From the NCBI GenBank assembly GCA_002269645.1, contig NIVC01000575.1, positions 310,001 through 374,000 on the forward strand: a stretch of DNA of 64,000 bases, written 5' to 3'. Numbering within the stretch: position 1 is the stretch's first letter; each line of letters opens with the position of its first letter. The notes beneath the pieces were generated by a model, which had not been told where the DNA came from, did not search any database, and saw only the letters and a list, made by a program, of their open reading frames with translations. The stretch comes from Macrostomum lignano. Lineage: Eukaryota. Of this stretch, positions 1-12,881 are shown piece by piece. The position numbers and the translations under genes are program-made.

Positions 1-252
1 AGTCCGCTCCCGTCATGTTGAAGCCCCACATACTTTGCTGGCTTGGAGGCATCCCAATGACCTGATCGCTGGGCCCGCGGTTATGGTCTCAGTGAAGACT
101 GCTTTCTGTTATGTTAAAACTACAGTATTTACTTCATCTAATGACTGTTCTGCGCAGAAACTTGCTTTTGCTAAAACATTAAAAAACTTAATGTATACAA
201 CCTGATGTTTAATCCCTTTGTTCTTTGACGAGCTAAATATGTAAGCACTGTT

Positions 253-858
<606 letters not shown>

Positions 859-1753
859 CCAATCAGCAACTAGGACACAATGCACTTTCACTCGGCTGAC
901 GAGGCTCCCCTTGCCAATTGCAGTCCTTTGGATGGTGCAGCTTTCGCACATCTGCGCTGCCATCTCTCCCGGGTCGGGGCAGTATAAAATATTGCGGAAT
1001 TTCCAAAGCCTGCGGATGGTGTGAATGATTAGATATGCAGAAATTTTACGCATTGCTGAGGGCAATGCAGGCACACAGCATCGCACTGGAGTATTTGTTT
1101 ACATCACATAATTTGCATATTTTCCTAAGCGTTTCCTATGCCCTACAATCCTAGCCTCTCTTCCCTGTTTTATGCCCATTACTCCCAATTTCCCCTCTGG
1201 TCGGTCGTAAACTTTCGGGTCAAGAGTTTTCAGTGCTTCGTTCGGGCCTCTCAAGTTTTGCTTCTGGGCTAAACTGCATCTGGCCCTCGTGTACAGAAAA
1301 CGAACTGGGCCTGTAGGGCAGTTCTGTAGCAAACATGGCTGCGTGGGCTGGGATTCTTTGTCGCTCTGCTTTCCTGGCTTCTTTACCTCCCCCGTCCGGC
1401 AAGCTAATTGTACTTTTGCATGCCTGCCTTGTCAGGTGGAAACGTATAGTGGCGAGTATATTTATATCGCGAATATGCATAAATCTCATAACTGACCAGC
1501 ACAGTGAGAGATGATAAAGCCAAGGGCGTGTGTCCAACTCCAAGGGAATTTTCTGACGGGAATGCCGATCCCACCCGATGCCTTAAAGGAGATAAAACTG
1601 GGGCAGGCCCGAGCGTCTTAAGAAATTCCAACTGTTCCACCCAGCCAAGTCTACCCAGAGGATTTCCAGTGGCATCTGATAATCAATTTGTAACGAATTT
1701 GAGGGACAGGACCTGCTCAGATGCTGCAGCTGCTCAGAGCTTGATGAATGTGC

Positions 1754-2507
1754 TCAGTCAGTCAGTCAGTCAGTCAGTCAGTCAGTCAGTCAATCAGTCA
1801 GTCAGTCAATCAGTCAATCAGTCAGTCAGTCAGTCAGTCAGTCAATCAATCAGTCAGTCAGTCAGTCAGTCAGTCAGTCAGTCAGTCAGTCAGTCAGTCA
1901 GTCAGTCAGTCAGTCACCCACTCACTCAAGTCAGTCAGTCAGTCAGTCAGTCAGTCAGTCAGTCAGTCAATCAGTCAGTCAGTCAGTCAGTCAGTCAGTC
2001 AGTCAGTCAGTCAGTCAGTCAGTCAGTCAGTCAGTCAGTCAGTCAGTCAATCAGTCAGTCAGTCAGTCAGTCAGTCAGTCAGTCAGTCAGTCAGTCAGTC
2101 AGTCAGTCAATCACCCACTCACTCAAGTCAGTCAGTCAGTCAGTCAGTCAGTCAATCACCCACTCACTCAAGTCAGTCAGTCAGTCAGTCAGTCAGTCAG
2201 TCAGTCAGTCAGTCAATCACCCACTCACTCAAGTCAGTCAGTCAGTCAGTCAGTCAGTCAGTCAGTCAGTCAGTCAGTCAGTCAGTCAGTCAGTCAGTCA
2301 GTCAGTCAGTCAGTCAGTCAGTCAGTCAGTCAGTCAGTCAGTCAGTCAGTCAGTCAGTCAGTCAGTCAGTCAGTCAGTCAGTCAGTCAGTCAGTCAGTCA
2401 CCCACTCACTCAAGTCAGTCAGTCAGTCAGTCAGTCAGTCAGTCAGTCAGTCAGTCAGTCAGTCAGTCAGTCAGTCAGTCAGTCAGTCAGTCAGTCAGTC
2501 AGTCAGT
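1754..2507. repeat. (CAGT)n microsatellite with embedded CACCCACTCACTCAA motifs
   Basis: Direct reading; it produces the spurious SVSQ ORFs. Confidence 0.96.
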
Positions 2508-3432
2508 GACCGAAAGCATAAGTCAGCATAAAAGTTCACCGCAGCCGTGCAATGATTTATGACCGTTGCTGCGAACCTTATTAGATTCTGACGGGACAGG
2601 AAACTAAAAACTGTTCACAAAAGCAGCGGTTTATTCATACGCTCGTAAATCTTTACTTATTTTTCCATTGTGAAATTCCTAGACAGAGAAAGTGGTTGCT
2701 AAGATCTTCCAGGCATCGAAAAATTATTGTTTTGCATTCACTGCGCCAGGGAATACTTGATTCAGCATCTGGATTGCTGTCACATTGACTGGTAAAACTA
2801 ATAATTAATATAACAGTTGAACCAAACAGATTTCGTGCAAATCTATTTTGCATCGCTTCTGAAAAGGAACCCATTTTTAGTCTCGTTTTGTAGGTAAAAT
2901 AGTTTCCTATCCAGACTTCTATCACTAGCGCTCCCTGCCATCAATACAGAAATTTGGTCTCTGCTGCCGGACGGCCAGATTTTTTTTAACAAGAGCTTCT
3001 TTTTACTCCTTCGCTTCCTCGCGGAGACTGTTGCCCGATCCGGGCCTCGGCTTGGGTTCAGCTTGATTGATTGTCATGCATTCTCGGCGCTTGACTTGAA
3101 CTGGGCAAATGCTTGCTACTCTGTTCAGGGTTTCTCCTAATCTATCCCGAAACCCCCCCCCCGTTCTCGAGCCTGTTTTATGAACCAGTTTACCCCAGGG
3201 AAAAATCTGGGTCTTTTGGGATATTTGAAAAAATTGAGATATTTGCACCCTAAGGGCGTTCTACCCCACAGCCCGCCTAGCAACTGCACCCAATAGCACT
3301 TCCGGGTAAGTCTATGAATTCAGCAGCTTACACAGGATCTGACAGTTTGGCGATAAAAATCTGCGATATTTCACAGAAATTCGTGTGCAGCATTGGCTGA
3401 AATTTTCTGCTCTGAATGAATGTTTTAACTTC

Positions 3433-3843
3433 GTCTACACCTCACTCTACTCTCTACTCCAGTCTACACCTCACTCTAGTCTCTACTCCAGTCTACATCT
3501 CACTTTACTCTCTACTTCAGTCTACATCTCACTCTAGTCTCTACTTCAGTCTACATCTCACTCTAGTCTCTACTTCAGTCTACATCTCACTCTACTCTCT
3601 ACTTCAGTCTACATCTCACTTTACTCTCTACTCCAGTCTACACCTCACTCTAGTCTCTACTTCAGTCTACATCTCACTCTACTCTCTACTTCAGTCTACA
3701 TCTCACTCTACTCTCTACTTCAGTCTACATCTCACTCTACTCTCTACTTCAGTCTGCATCTCACTTTACTCTCTAATTCTGTCTACACCTCACTCTACTC
3801 TCTACTTCAGTCTAAATCTCAGTCTATTCTCTACATCAGTCCG
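3433..3843. repeat. 29-bp minisatellite (TCTACATCTCACTCTACTCTCTACTTCAG)
   Basis: Period 29 (3433 to 3462), about 14 copies. Confidence 0.9.
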
Positions 3844-4704
3844 TTAAATTACAAATTAAATACAATTTGTATATGACTTATTATATCTTATGGATAAGCA
3901 GATCTGCAATCAGTGAAAATACACTGTGAGAAGATCTATCTATTTCCCCTGATTCATAGAGGCTGAGAGACTTCTCTGAGGACGAGAGTCTGGCTAAATT
4001 AGATTCAACTTCCTATACTATGCAGGCTGTATTATGCATAGGAGGCGATATCCCAGTCCCGAAGTGCACTCCCCCTAAGCCTGATGGTTCCCCTCTTCCC
4101 CTCTCTCTAAATAATTTTCCTAATATGGGAATTGGTAATGTTTTCTATTGCTATAAAGTGTAGAAGTGTAGAATGGGAGATGCGGGTCTGGGCTGCAGCC
4201 TCTTCCCCCACCCCGGCCTCGGTCTCGCCAACGCCGGCTTAGCCTGGGGTCACGTGAGGACATGCAGGCCAGACATTAAAGCCCGCTATGCAAACTGGCG
4301 AGAGGAGAGAGGAGTTTTACGTGAGGAGACAGTCAAAACACAGCTTCCTTTACGGGACGCGGGCGCCATCATCGATTACAATTCTGTCTGAGTGCCTAAC
4401 ATTACCTTGGCCTGACCTGAACTCTCCTTACTTTAATCCTCTTCATCCTCCTCTCACATCCTTTCTGTCCTCTAATCCTGGAATCAATTCTTGAGTCTAT
4501 ACTCACGATCAGTATAGTATGCCTCAGACTGTGTTAATATTAGGATGCTACTGCTGCCGTAATTTATGGGAGCCAGACTAGAGGATCCTGTCTGCATTGA
4601 TTGACGCTTACTGATTGCCCAGACTATACTCGGATATATTGTATGGCGTGGGTGAAACAACAACAACGATAACAACAACATCAACAACAGAAACAACAAC
4701 AACA

Positions 4705-5121
4705 GGGTCGGTATTTCTGCAGGGAGGGTAGGGTCGGTATTTCTGCAGGGAGGGTAGGGTCGGTATTAATGCAGGGAGGGTAGGGTCGGTATTAATGCAG
4801 GGAGGGTAGGGTCGGTATTAATGCAGGGAGGGTAGGGTCGGTATTAATGCAGGGAGGGTAGGGTCGGTATTAATGCAGGGAGGGTAGGGTCGGTATTAAT
4901 GCAGGGAGGGTAGGGTCGGTATTAATGCAGGGAGGGTAGGGTCGGTATTAATGCAGGGAGGGTAGGGTCGGTATTAATGCAGGGAGGGTAGGGTCGGTAT
5001 TAATGCAGGGAGGGTAGGGTCGGTATTTCTGCAGGGAGGGTAGGGTCGGTATTAATGCAGGGAGGGTAGGGTCGGTATTAATGCAGGGAGGGTAGGGTCG
5101 GTATTAATGCAGGGAGGGTAG
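4705..5121. repeat. 26-bp G-rich minisatellite (GGGTCGGTATTAATGCAGGGAGGGTA)
   Basis: Period 26, about 16 near-identical copies. Confidence 0.93.
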
Positions 5122-5440
5122 GATAGGGTTCGTGTGGATGCTAGACTAATGAACTCTCCACCGTTTAGAATGAAAGAACTCATTGCCATTCTCTGGAACA
5201 CGTGCCAAATAATCCACAGGATAGTCAGATCCAATGCTGGAGACATTTTAATTAGGACTGAACTATCAGTGAATCATCCCTGCCTTCCGATCAAAAAATT
5301 TTATAACAAGACATCACGTGACCTTCTGACTGCCAGTCAACGCCTTACTTTTTATTCGTTTTGCCTCCAATAACTGGTACTGATAACTGTTAACTGATTT
5401 TCTTTACTAAAAAATACATTTTAGCTAATAGCATCAATAC

Positions 5441-5675
5441 GATGCAGGGAGTGAACGGTCTGATAGGATGCAGGGAGTGAAGGGTCTGATAGAATGCAGG
5501 GAGTGAAGGGTCTGATAGGATGCAGGGAGTGAAGAGTCCGATAGGATGTAGGGAGTGAAGGGTCTGATAGGATGTAGGGAGTGAAGGGTCTGATGGGATG
5601 CAGGGAGTGAAGAGTCTGATGGGATGCAGGGAGTGAAGAGTCTGATAGGATGCAGGGAGTGAAGGGTCTGATCGG
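5441..5675. repeat. 26-bp minisatellite (GATGCAGGGAGTGAAGGGTCTGATAG)
   Basis: Period 26 (5461 to 5487), about 9 copies. Confidence 0.9.
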
Positions 5676-6261
5676 ATGCTGCACTCTGCCTTGTCCGCGA
5701 ACCCGTGACACAGCCATCGTTTTTGAATTCATTTCTGAGATGAAAATATACGGAGAATGACAGTCAGCCGTGTATGATTTCAATAGAGTTATTTTACATC
5801 CTCACCCGGAGTCACGTGCAAGACTCCCAGCGGGGGGATGGAGGGCAGAGACTGAGTGCGCGCACACGACGGCTTGGCTGCTCTGTTTTCTGCTTGTTCT
5901 CTCCTGTTCTCTCGCAACGATTCTGTCTGCCGATCCATTTCTGCGATCCTGCCTATCTCTGCATGTCTCCCCAGCTTCACTTTTTATTTGTAATCCTTGA
6001 TGCCTTATTAAATCTGGAAAAAGTAACTCTATCAGCGAGAGAAATGTTGCTCTCATCTTAATGAAACTTCGTGTGGGAAAAATTTGCCTATCTGTAATTT
6101 TTACAGCTCAACATTCTCCAGCCTTCGTTGGCTTCATCAGACGCTCGGGTCACGACCCCTCGAGGCTCCGCCTTCTTTTTTACGTAGAGATTGTGCGGGA
6201 AACTTTTTATAATTGTCAGAAATTTTGAACGCTTCAGTTAGTTAGATTAGATTAGTTAGCT

Positions 6262-6655
<394 letters not shown>

Positions 6656-6869
6656 TGTTACATCCGACTTCCGTTACCAACTCGAAGTCCAGGTGAATTA
6701 TGGTTAGTAATCTCAAGCTTGGTAGCGGGCTCTTGCCATGCCGATGTTAACATTCATTTCCTTTATATTTGCTCTCCTTATATTAGCTTTAGAACGCAGG
6801 GTTAACAGGGGCAGTGTCTATGGCCAATATGTGTGAAATGAAATATACTTTATATACGCATATACCACA
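6656..6869 (-). repeat. 3' LTR (214 bp)
   Basis: Direct repeat of 11029-11242, preceded on the minus strand by the PPT. Confidence 0.96.
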
Positions 6870-6873
6870 TATG

Positions 6874-6882
6874 TCTCCCCTT
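6874..6882 (-). promoter_or_regulatory. Polypurine tract AAGGGGAGA
   Basis: Purine run 4 nt upstream of the 3' LTR on the minus strand. Confidence 0.8.
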
Positions 6883-6946
6883 AGAAAAATTTGTTCGTCA
6901 TTGTGCAAAGAGTAAGTTTTCCTCTTAAACAAAAATTTCCGTCACA

Positions 6947-9900
6947 TCAAGTTGCAGCTCGAGGTCTCAGTCTGGTCTGAGTTAGAGGCACATCCTCATG
7001 CTTGTAGCGATGCCTCCTGGCCTGGGCAGTCTCCGCACATCTAGTCTTGGTTGTTTCTCCTCCGCCTGAGTTAATTGCCTGCGACTCGTTATTGCCTTTC
7101 CCGATTAGCTGCTCCAGCAATTCATGGGACAAAGCGGCCTTGCTCTCCGTTTGAAGTCCTGTCGAAGTAATGTGGTCCACGTGCCGTTTCCAGACCATGC
7201 GGCCTACTTTCACCAGATACGAGAGTTGTGCACGGCGCTTAAGAATTTCTCCGACGGCCCATTTGTCCTCTCCTTGCTTCCTGAAGTCGAGCACGAGCAC
7301 AGATTCTCCAGGTTCAAACTCACGGGCTACTTTTGAAGCTCCCTTGTCGTGTTGCTGCTTCTGCTGCTCCTGCTTCTCAGCAACTCTTTGCTCGGTGTCC
7401 TGGTGAAGATGACTAAGTTTAGTTCTTGGCGAGTACTTTAGCATCATCTCGCTAGGCGTCTTGCCGGTTGTAGAGTGTGGCGTAACTCGGTAGCGCGCTA
7501 GAAAAGCATTTAGGCAACCTAGTGCATCATGAGAGTCCTTCATGCCCGCTCTTAACGCTCTTTTGGCGGTCTGAACCATTCGCTCGGCTAGTCCATTCGA
7601 TCTTGGATGCCCCACCGACGTCAGAATTTGTGTGATGCGGCAGCTTCGAAGGTAGTTTTTAAATTCCTCAGCAGTGAACTGCGACCCATTGTCAGAGAGG
7701 ATTTGCCTCGGATAACCATATCTCGCGAAAGTTTCCTGCAGCTTGGTGATCGTGCCATGGGCAGTCGCCGACCTCATCGGGTAAATTTCAACCCATTTGG
7801 TTGTGGCATCGACAACGACAAGCCACATGAATCCGTAGCATGGACCAAAGAAGTCCAAGTGAAGTCGAGTCCATGCCTTTTCTGGCCAGAGCAACGGCTG
7901 CAGTGGCGCCTGTGGCGGCAGGTTCCTCTGCGCTTGGCAACCCTTGCATTTGGTTAGAGCCGTCTCGATGTCTTTATCGATCCCTGGATACCATACATGC
8001 AGCCGTGCCAGGGACTTCATGCCCACAATGCCGGGGTGCCCTTCGTGTAGCAGTTGCAGTAGCTGCTGCTTCAGTGAAGCAGGGATCAACATCCTGATGC
8101 CCCAAAAGATGACTCCATCTTCAACACTCAGCTCGTTTCGCCTCGAGTGGTAGGGCTGAAGCTCTTGTTTGCTATGTTCTGGCCACCCAAAACGACAGTA
8201 TCGCAGAACACGGGACAGATTTTCGTCCATCGCTGTTGCTCTCTTTAATTCTCCATGGTCGATTGGTTGAGCCTCTATGCGATTCTGGAACACACCATCC
8301 TCCGTGGACTTAGTATTCTCCAGCGGCAGTCTTGACAACGCGTCCGCATTTCCATGTTCGTCTGTCCGCCTGTATCGAATCTCGAACTGATAGGCTGACA
8401 GAATCACAGCCCAGCGCTGCAACCGACTGGCAGCTATGCTTGGAATGTTGTTCTTCGGACCGAATATCGTCACAAGCGGTTTATGGTCAGTGACCAGAAT
8501 AAACCGTCTGCCGTACAAATACTGGTGGAACTTTTTCACCGCGAAGACTATTGCTAAACCTTCCTTTTCTATTTGCGAATAGTTCTTCTCAGCCTTGGAC
8601 AGGCCTCTGGACGCATAACAGATTGGCTTCTCATCCGAATCGCTCATAATGTGTGAAAGCACCGCGCCGACACCATAGCATGACGCGTCGGTATGAACAA
8701 CCAGCGGCTTGTCCGGGTCGTAGTGGACTAGTACTTGAGTAGATGTTAGAGCTGACTTGCATGCAACAAATGCTCGTTCACACTCGTTACTCCAAATAAA
8801 CTCAGCGTCCTTCTGGAGCAATGCATTTAGAGGTGCAAGGATGTCGGACAGGCCTCTGATGAACTTCCTGTAGTAGTTGATTAGCCCAACTAGCGAGCGG
8901 ACTTCTGGAGTATTGGTTGGCCTTGGAGCCTCCGCGATGGCTCTCATAATTCTCGGTGACTGATGCACGCCGTTCTCGTCGATCACGTGACCGAGGAACT
9001 CAATCTCGCGCATCATGAATTCACATTTGCTCTTGTTCAGTTTAATTCCGTGGTTCTTCAGCAGAACCAAAACGTTTCTCAGCTTCTTGTTATGCTCGCT
9101 TTGTGATGCGGCGCTAATGACGATATCGTCGACGAAACAAATCGCATCCGTATCGCTCAGAATCTTGTCCATAGCCTCCTGAAACTGAGCTGAAGAGCTT
9201 GCCAGGCCCATAACTAATCTGTTGTATTCGTACAGTCCCATGTGGGTGTTGATAGTGGTGTACTTGCGGCACTCCTCCTGTAGCTCCAGCTGAAGAAAGG
9301 CCTGAGATATGTCCAGTTTCGTAAAGAATTTGCCTCCGCTGAGTCGAGTAAACAGTTCGTCCGGCTTGCCTAGCGGATAAATGTCCACCTCGAGGGCAGG
9401 GTTTATGGTTCGCTTATGGTCTGCACAGATTCGTATCGATTTTCCATCCTTCTTCAGCACAGGGACGATTGGACTTGCATAGTCAGACGTCTTCACCTTC
9501 CGGATAATGTCCTGATTCTCTAGGCTTTTGAGTTCCTGCTCGATGGCGGGCTTAAGAGCAAATGGTACCGGTCGTGCTTTACAAAACTTTGGAGTTGTGT
9601 TCTCCTTGAGATCCAGTCTGGCTGTATAATGTTTTATCTTCCCAAGACTATCTGAGAATAATTCCGAATTTTCTTCTAGAATCGTCTTGAGCTCGTGATC
9701 AGCATCGAGGGAAAGAATTCCCACTGCTGACGCTTCTCCTGCGTATTTCCGGGCCAGGGGATCAAGCTGCGTTATCCAATCGCGACCTAGCAGGTTCTGC
9801 TTTGTGCCGTCAGTGACGACGACCTGCAGCTCCGTCGCAATGTCGCCAATTACAACCTGAACCACAGCCTCTCCAAGTAGGGGAATCTGTTCGTTAGAAA

Positions 9901-10999
9901 AAGGTGTGAGGACCAAGGTCGTGCCGCGCGGTTTAACTCGGATCAGTTCCGCTGTCGATTTGTTTACAATTGTGCGCTCGGCGCCGGTGTCCACTTCGAA
10001 TTTAATCGGAGACCCGTTGACTTGCAGTGTCTCTGTGAAAGGCTTGAACCGAGCCTTCTGTGCGCTCATTCGCTTAGCCTCGTAATTTGAATTGACAGCG
10101 ACGTTCTTGACGTCAGAGAAATCGTACGACTCCTCACTACTGCCGGGGCTTCCATTTGCGCTCAGATGCTTTATTTTCCTACCTTTGTAGCTCTGCTTGG
10201 GTTCGAACTTCTTCTTGCTGTGCGGCGGTTGGTTTCCGCTGAACTGCTTCTGCTTCGTCCTGCACGCCTTCTCAACATGACCTGGTTTATTGCATCGACT
10301 GCAGACATACGATCTTTTGGGACAGCTTCTCGCCCAGTGCCCAGAAGAGAGGCACCTGTAGCACCGGTCGTCTGAACTGGCCGGATTCGTCGGTCCCGAT
10401 CCCTTAGCAGATGATCTTCCATGTACCGCATTGGCCTGAGCCAGGCCGACAATGTCTCTTCCAGTGTGGATCTGCATTGCACCCTTCTCTGCGATTTCGA
10501 TTGCTGTCGAGATTTTAACTGCGTCGTCCAGTGAAACATCGTCCTCCTGCAGCAGCCTTTGCTGTGTCAGCTTGCTTCGTAGTCCACAAACCAGTCTGTC
10601 TCTGATCGCCTCCGACAAAAAGCCTCCAAACGAACAGGTCGCCGCCAACTTCCGTAGCTGCGCGACGTACTCTGCAATGGATTCGCCTTCCTGCTGGCTT
10701 CGGTGATGAAAGTTGTATCTCTCGACGATTCTTTTCGGCGTTGGGGTGAAATGCGTTCGTAACTTTTCAATTAAATCATCGTAGGATTTGTCCTTCGGGG
10801 AGTCTGGAGACAGTAAGTCTCTGAGCAACGTATAGCAGTCTTCACCAATTACTGTGATGAGCTCGGCTCGCTTAATCTCCTCTTTGGTGATGGATTTAGC
10901 GATGAAGTACTGTTCCAGACGCTCCTCGTATACAGTCCACCTTTCAGGTCGTGCCGGATCAAATGTGCTGATTTTCGAAGCAGTATTTGGCGCGGTCAT
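6947..10999 (-). CDS. Gag-Pol polyprotein (1350 aa): Gag with two CCHC knuckles, aspartic protease, RT, RNase H, integrase
   Basis: ATG at 10999 just after the PBS. Motifs: CYRCLSSGHWARSC and CSRCNKPGHVEKAC; FEVDTGA; RT FVDD; RNase H DASCYGVGAVL; integrase HEGHPG..CKGC, LHLDF, SDNG, NGLAERMV; C-terminal GESVLV..W..G..RHVDHI module. No stop or frameshift. Confidence 0.96.
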   Translation of the reverse strand: MTAPNTASKISTFDPARPERWTVYEERLEQYFIAKSITKEEIKRAELITVIGEDCYTLLRDLLSPDSPKDKSYDDLIEKLRTHFTPTPKRIVERYNFHHRSQQEGESIAEYVAQLRKLAATCSFGGFLSEAIRDRLVCGLRSKLTQQRLLQEDDVSLDDAVKISTAIEIAEKGAMQIHTGRDIVGLAQANAVHGRSSAKGSGPTNPASSDDRCYRCLSSGHWARSCPKRSYVCSRCNKPGHVEKACRTKQKQFSGNQPPHSKKKFEPKQSYKGRKIKHLSANGSPGSSEESYDFSDVKNVAVNSNYEAKRMSAQKARFKPFTETLQVNGSPIKFEVDTGAERTIVNKSTAELIRVKPRGTTLVLTPFSNEQIPLLGEAVVQVVIGDIATELQVVVTDGTKQNLLGRDWITQLDPLARKYAGEASAVGILSLDADHELKTILEENSELFSDSLGKIKHYTARLDLKENTTPKFCKARPVPFALKPAIEQELKSLENQDIIRKVKTSDYASPIVPVLKKDGKSIRICADHKRTINPALEVDIYPLGKPDELFTRLSGGKFFTKLDISQAFLQLELQEECRKYTTINTHMGLYEYNRLVMGLASSSAQFQEAMDKILSDTDAICFVDDIVISAASQSEHNKKLRNVLVLLKNHGIKLNKSKCEFMMREIEFLGHVIDENGVHQSPRIMRAIAEAPRPTNTPEVRSLVGLINYYRKFIRGLSDILAPLNALLQKDAEFIWSNECERAFVACKSALTSTQVLVHYDPDKPLVVHTDASCYGVGAVLSHIMSDSDEKPICYASRGLSKAEKNYSQIEKEGLAIVFAVKKFHQYLYGRRFILVTDHKPLVTIFGPKNNIPSIAASRLQRWAVILSAYQFEIRYRRTDEHGNADALSRLPLENTKSTEDGVFQNRIEAQPIDHGELKRATAMDENLSRVLRYCRFGWPEHSKQELQPYHSRRNELSVEDGVIFWGIRMLIPASLKQQLLQLLHEGHPGIVGMKSLARLHVWYPGIDKDIETALTKCKGCQAQRNLPPQAPLQPLLWPEKAWTRLHLDFFGPCYGFMWLVVVDATTKWVEIYPMRSATAHGTITKLQETFARYGYPRQILSDNGSQFTAEEFKNYLRSCRITQILTSVGHPRSNGLAERMVQTAKRALRAGMKDSHDALGCLNAFLARYRVTPHSTTGKTPSEMMLKYSPRTKLSHLHQDTEQRVAEKQEQQKQQHDKGASKVAREFEPGESVLVLDFRKQGEDKWAVGEILKRRAQLSYLVKVGRMVWKRHVDHITSTGLQTESKAALSHELLEQLIGKGNNESQAINSGGGETTKTRCAETAQARRHRYKHEDVPLTQTRLRPRAAT

Positions 11000-11014
11000 T
11001 TTGTCTTCTGAAGA

Positions 11015-11027
11015 ATCCTCGTCGCCA
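11015..11027 (-). promoter_or_regulatory. Primer-binding site TGGCGACGAGGAT (matches the 3' end of tRNA-Ser GCU)
   Basis: 1 nt downstream of the 5' LTR; complementary to ...AUCCUCGUCGCCA, the tRNA-Ser(GCU) 3' end as recalled. Confidence 0.8.
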
Positions 11028-11028
11028 A

Positions 11029-11241
11029 TGTTACATCCGACTTTCGTTACCAACTCGAAGTCCAGGTGAATTATGGTTAGTAATCTCAAGCTTGGTAGCG
11101 GGCTCTTGCCATGCCGATGTTAACATTCATTTCCTTTATATTTGCTCTCCTTATATTAGCTTTAGAACGCAGGGTTAACAGGGGCAGTGTCTATGGCCAA
11201 TGTGTGTGAAATGAAATATACTTTATATACGCATATACCAC

Positions 11242-11242
<1 letters not shown>
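11029..11242 (-). repeat. 5' LTR (214 bp)
   Basis: Direct repeat of 6656-6869. Confidence 0.96.
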
Positions 11243-11543
<301 letters not shown>

Positions 11544-12344
11544 GAACCACTAAATTTCTGTTTGGTCCCCTTGCTCAAGCAAGTAATTAATGTTTAGTGT
11601 AGAGAAACACTAACGCTGCAACGACATCTAGAGCGGAGTAGTTGCCCTAGGGGTGGCGGGTGAGCGGGTGGCCCGTGAGGCCAGCCGACTGATTAAAATG
11701 ATGCATCGGCACCAGCAGCAGCCGGTTCTCATTAGTCTTTAGCCTCCTCCCCCTCCCTGTTCCACAGCATTTCAATGAACACATTTTCAGTCAGAATTTC
11801 CGAGAATATTTTAGGTATTCAGCTCACTCCAGCTATGGGAGAAGGCCGGGTTGCTGAGTGGCGGGTGAAATATTCCTACATGGTAAACAACAAGTGGGCA
11901 CGCTGTTGAGGGGAGATAAAAAGAGGGAAATGGACTTGGAAAAATAGCCCAATTTCACGACGGCAAAGTAATTGGCTTGCCTGCCAAATCTCTCCCTCGA
12001 ATCTTTATATTGTACAGACAATTAATATCGAGAGATGGCTTTGCTAAATACAATTTTGCCTCAATTAAATCAGAAATTTTCGATAAATACGTTTATCAAA
12101 AGCGTGAAGCGAACTGGAGTTTGCATGCAGCAATTTTGCAGGGAATAACAGCTGGGTGCGAGCTCTCTTTTGGTGGAGGTGGCGTCGGACTAATCAGGGA
12201 AGGCCGTGTTGAAAGCTAGCATTGATGCAGGGATTGAAGGGCTGGTATCCATGCAAATATGGATTATGGCTTCGATCTATTTTTTTACTAGAGACAGGGG
12301 CTGTGTGCACCCTGGCGCACTTTAAGCGACATAGACACACAACC

Positions 12345-12565
12345 GACGAGAGGCATTACTGCCCATTCCGCCGACTCCCCTGAGCAGGCACACAAGCGCG
12401 CGGATACGTACGCAGTCATACGCACAGGCACTCACACAGGAGTGTACAGCGGCCCTGACTTTATTTATCGTTAGGCATGTACACTTCACTGTGCCTTGGG
12501 GGTTGGGCCTCAAGGCCGTTAATTGCACGAGCAGAGCCAAGCCGAGATTAAAATTTAGCCCCAAA
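12345..12565 (-). mobile_element. Headless diverged copy of the SINE at 34800-35075
   Basis: Shares CTCACACAGGA..TGTACAGC.GCCCTGACTTT...AGGCATGTACACT..TGTGCCTTGGGGGTTGGGCCTCA and AGCCCCAAAT with 34835-34995. Confidence 0.6.
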
Positions 12566-12753
12566 TTTTAGTATATAGGATTAATGCGACTGCACTTTGA
12601 ATCGAGCCTGGGCCGCTGGCACACAAAGGCTACGGCCTCCCGGCTTCAATCTATACTCAGAAACATTGAAAGCCGCCACCCCAGACCCAGTGAGCCTGAG
12701 CGAGAGTTGGAAAAGCTTGCGTCATTTGCAGTGCAAGGAGCTGAAGTCAATCG

Positions 12754-12881
12754 CTCTCTCTCTCTCTCTCTCTCTCTCCTTCTCTCTCTCTCTCTCTCTC
12801 TCCCTCTCTCTCCCTCCCTCTCTCTCCCTCTCTCTCTCTCTCTCTCCCTCTCTCTCTATCTCTCTCTCTCTCTCTCTCTCT
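12754..12881. repeat. (CT)n microsatellite
   Basis: Direct reading. Confidence 0.95.

Larger units (their letters stand above)
6656..11242 (-). mobile_element. Full-length Ty3/Gypsy LTR retrotransposon, Mag-like (4587 bp)
   Basis: Two 214-bp LTRs (6656-6869, 11029-11242) with TG...CA ends and only 2 mismatches. PBS, PPT and a single gag-pol ORF are present. GTAAG lies on both sides, consistent with a 5-bp TSD but uninformative inside the microsatellite. Confidence 0.97.

Noticed and set aside
1504-2562. 352-aa and 253-aa SVSQ-repeat ORFs
   Set aside because: Translations of (CAGT)n, which has no stop codon on this strand.
4173-5900. Small GC-rich exon-like patches at about 4180-4270 and 5800-5890
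   Set aside because: Possible splice sites exist, but no consistent frame or recognisable product could be assembled.
11000-11089. 30-aa N-terminal extension of gag-pol shown in the ORF track
   Set aside because: It starts at a non-ATG codon inside the LTR and crosses the PBS; the first ATG at 10999 fits normal element structure.
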